A DNA stretch of 63,685 nucleotides, counting the filler, from Phoronis australis (lineage: Eukaryota; Animalia; Phoronida), in assembly GCA_002633005.1 (NCBI GenBank). It is 8 parts of 8 records of this genome, joined end to end, with 100 filler letters (N's around TTAATTAATTAA, not from the genome) between each part and the next. Parts side by side here need not be neighbours in the genome. Positions count along the whole stretch, not along the records: positions 61,182 to 63,685 come from NMRA01003645.1; 7 more parts are not named here. One strand, 5' to 3'. Shown piece by piece: positions 62,851 to 63,685 of the stretch; positions within the stretch are counted from its first letter, which is position 1; the number at the start of each line of letters is the position of its first letter. Position numbers and translations under genes: made by a program. The notes under the pieces were generated by a model that had not been told where the DNA came from, did no database searches, and saw nothing but the letters and a program-made list of their open reading frames with translations.

Positions 62851-63685
62851 TTTCTAAGAATTCCCTGTCGTAGAAGCAGTGTTCGAACAACCACGACGAG
62901 CTCGGAGACAAAATGGTCGACAATCAGTTCCCTCGAGAGGGCGACACCTTACCAGGTCGGAGTGCTGATCCTCGACCTGCTAATGAGCCGCTGGAATGTC
63001 CAGTGGATGCGCTGTTTACACAGGACTGGGTTTATTTTGTACATGATCTACAAGAGTATAGATATTAAATCAGTTTCAAAGTTTTCTAGAAGTCGAAAGC
63101 CTGACCATTTACCGGTACCAATCTCCCATTAATTGGGTCACGGTATTCATCAAAAAAGGAAGAGTATATTGATGGCAAACAACGGAATCAATGGATCAAC
63201 TTTAATTTGTTCAAGATGAAATTTCAAAAGCGTTGTTACAGTTTTCGGAAATATCGTTTCGTTTTACATTCATGCAGTTTTCACAGTCTTTTCATGAAAA
63301 ACGTTTAAGTCATATTTCTGATAGCCACTCATGCAAAAGTTTAACATTTTGATAACATCTCCTAACAGCGTCTCGTAGTACAGTGCATAAAGCATATTTG
63401 AAAATTTCATGCGAATCCGATCAGCGACTTCTTATATACAATTGCGATATTCCGAAATTATCTAAAGTTAGAGATTTCTAGGTTCCCGTATGGCGTGTTA
63501 TGTGCTGCAAAATTCAATGTTCAAAAAATTAGGTTTGATGTAATTATGTGTATTCGATACCTTATATTTATATTTGATCTTATAGTTTGTACATTTGATG
63601 TCAAAATAGTTGTATTCCATAATGAAAATACTTATGTGCGATAACTTAGTATATATGTTCGATGTTTCGTTATATGTGTTCGATG

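Overview
Eukaryotic, intron-rich, AT-rich genomic DNA, most consistent with an invertebrate animal (probably a marine bilaterian; the species cannot be called). The window is not one locus. It is eight contigs joined by identical 100-bp artificial linkers (N44-TTAATTAATTAA-N44), so adjacency across linkers is not evidence of linkage. Host genes that can be read by splicing: (i) an array of near-identical single-exon fibronectin type III modules (8.0-9.9 kb); (ii) a 6-exon secreted CAP/SCP + EGF-like + ShK-like protein (19.4-27.4 kb); (iii) a long uncharacterised ORF with four ~110-aa acidic repeats (48.8-50.7 kb, minus); (iv) an M14 zinc carboxypeptidase with no prodomain (53.9-55.4 kb); (v) three exons of a B3GNTL1/QTGAL-like glycosyltransferase (56.0-60.7 kb) that the ORF track misses. 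The rest is mostly transposon material: Tc2-like, pogo-PHD, hAT, PIF/Harbinger-like, Kolobok-like, EnSpm/CACTA, a THAP remnant, an RNase H LINE remnant, a Helitron/Helentron-like composite repeat with one CTCF-like motif per ~150-bp unit, and minisatellites. No CRISPR array, rRNA or intact tRNA was seen. No novel multi-gene system can be demonstrated from sequence alone. The best leads are the CTCF-motif repeat, the FN3 exon array, the CAP-EGF-ShK protein and the repeat protein.
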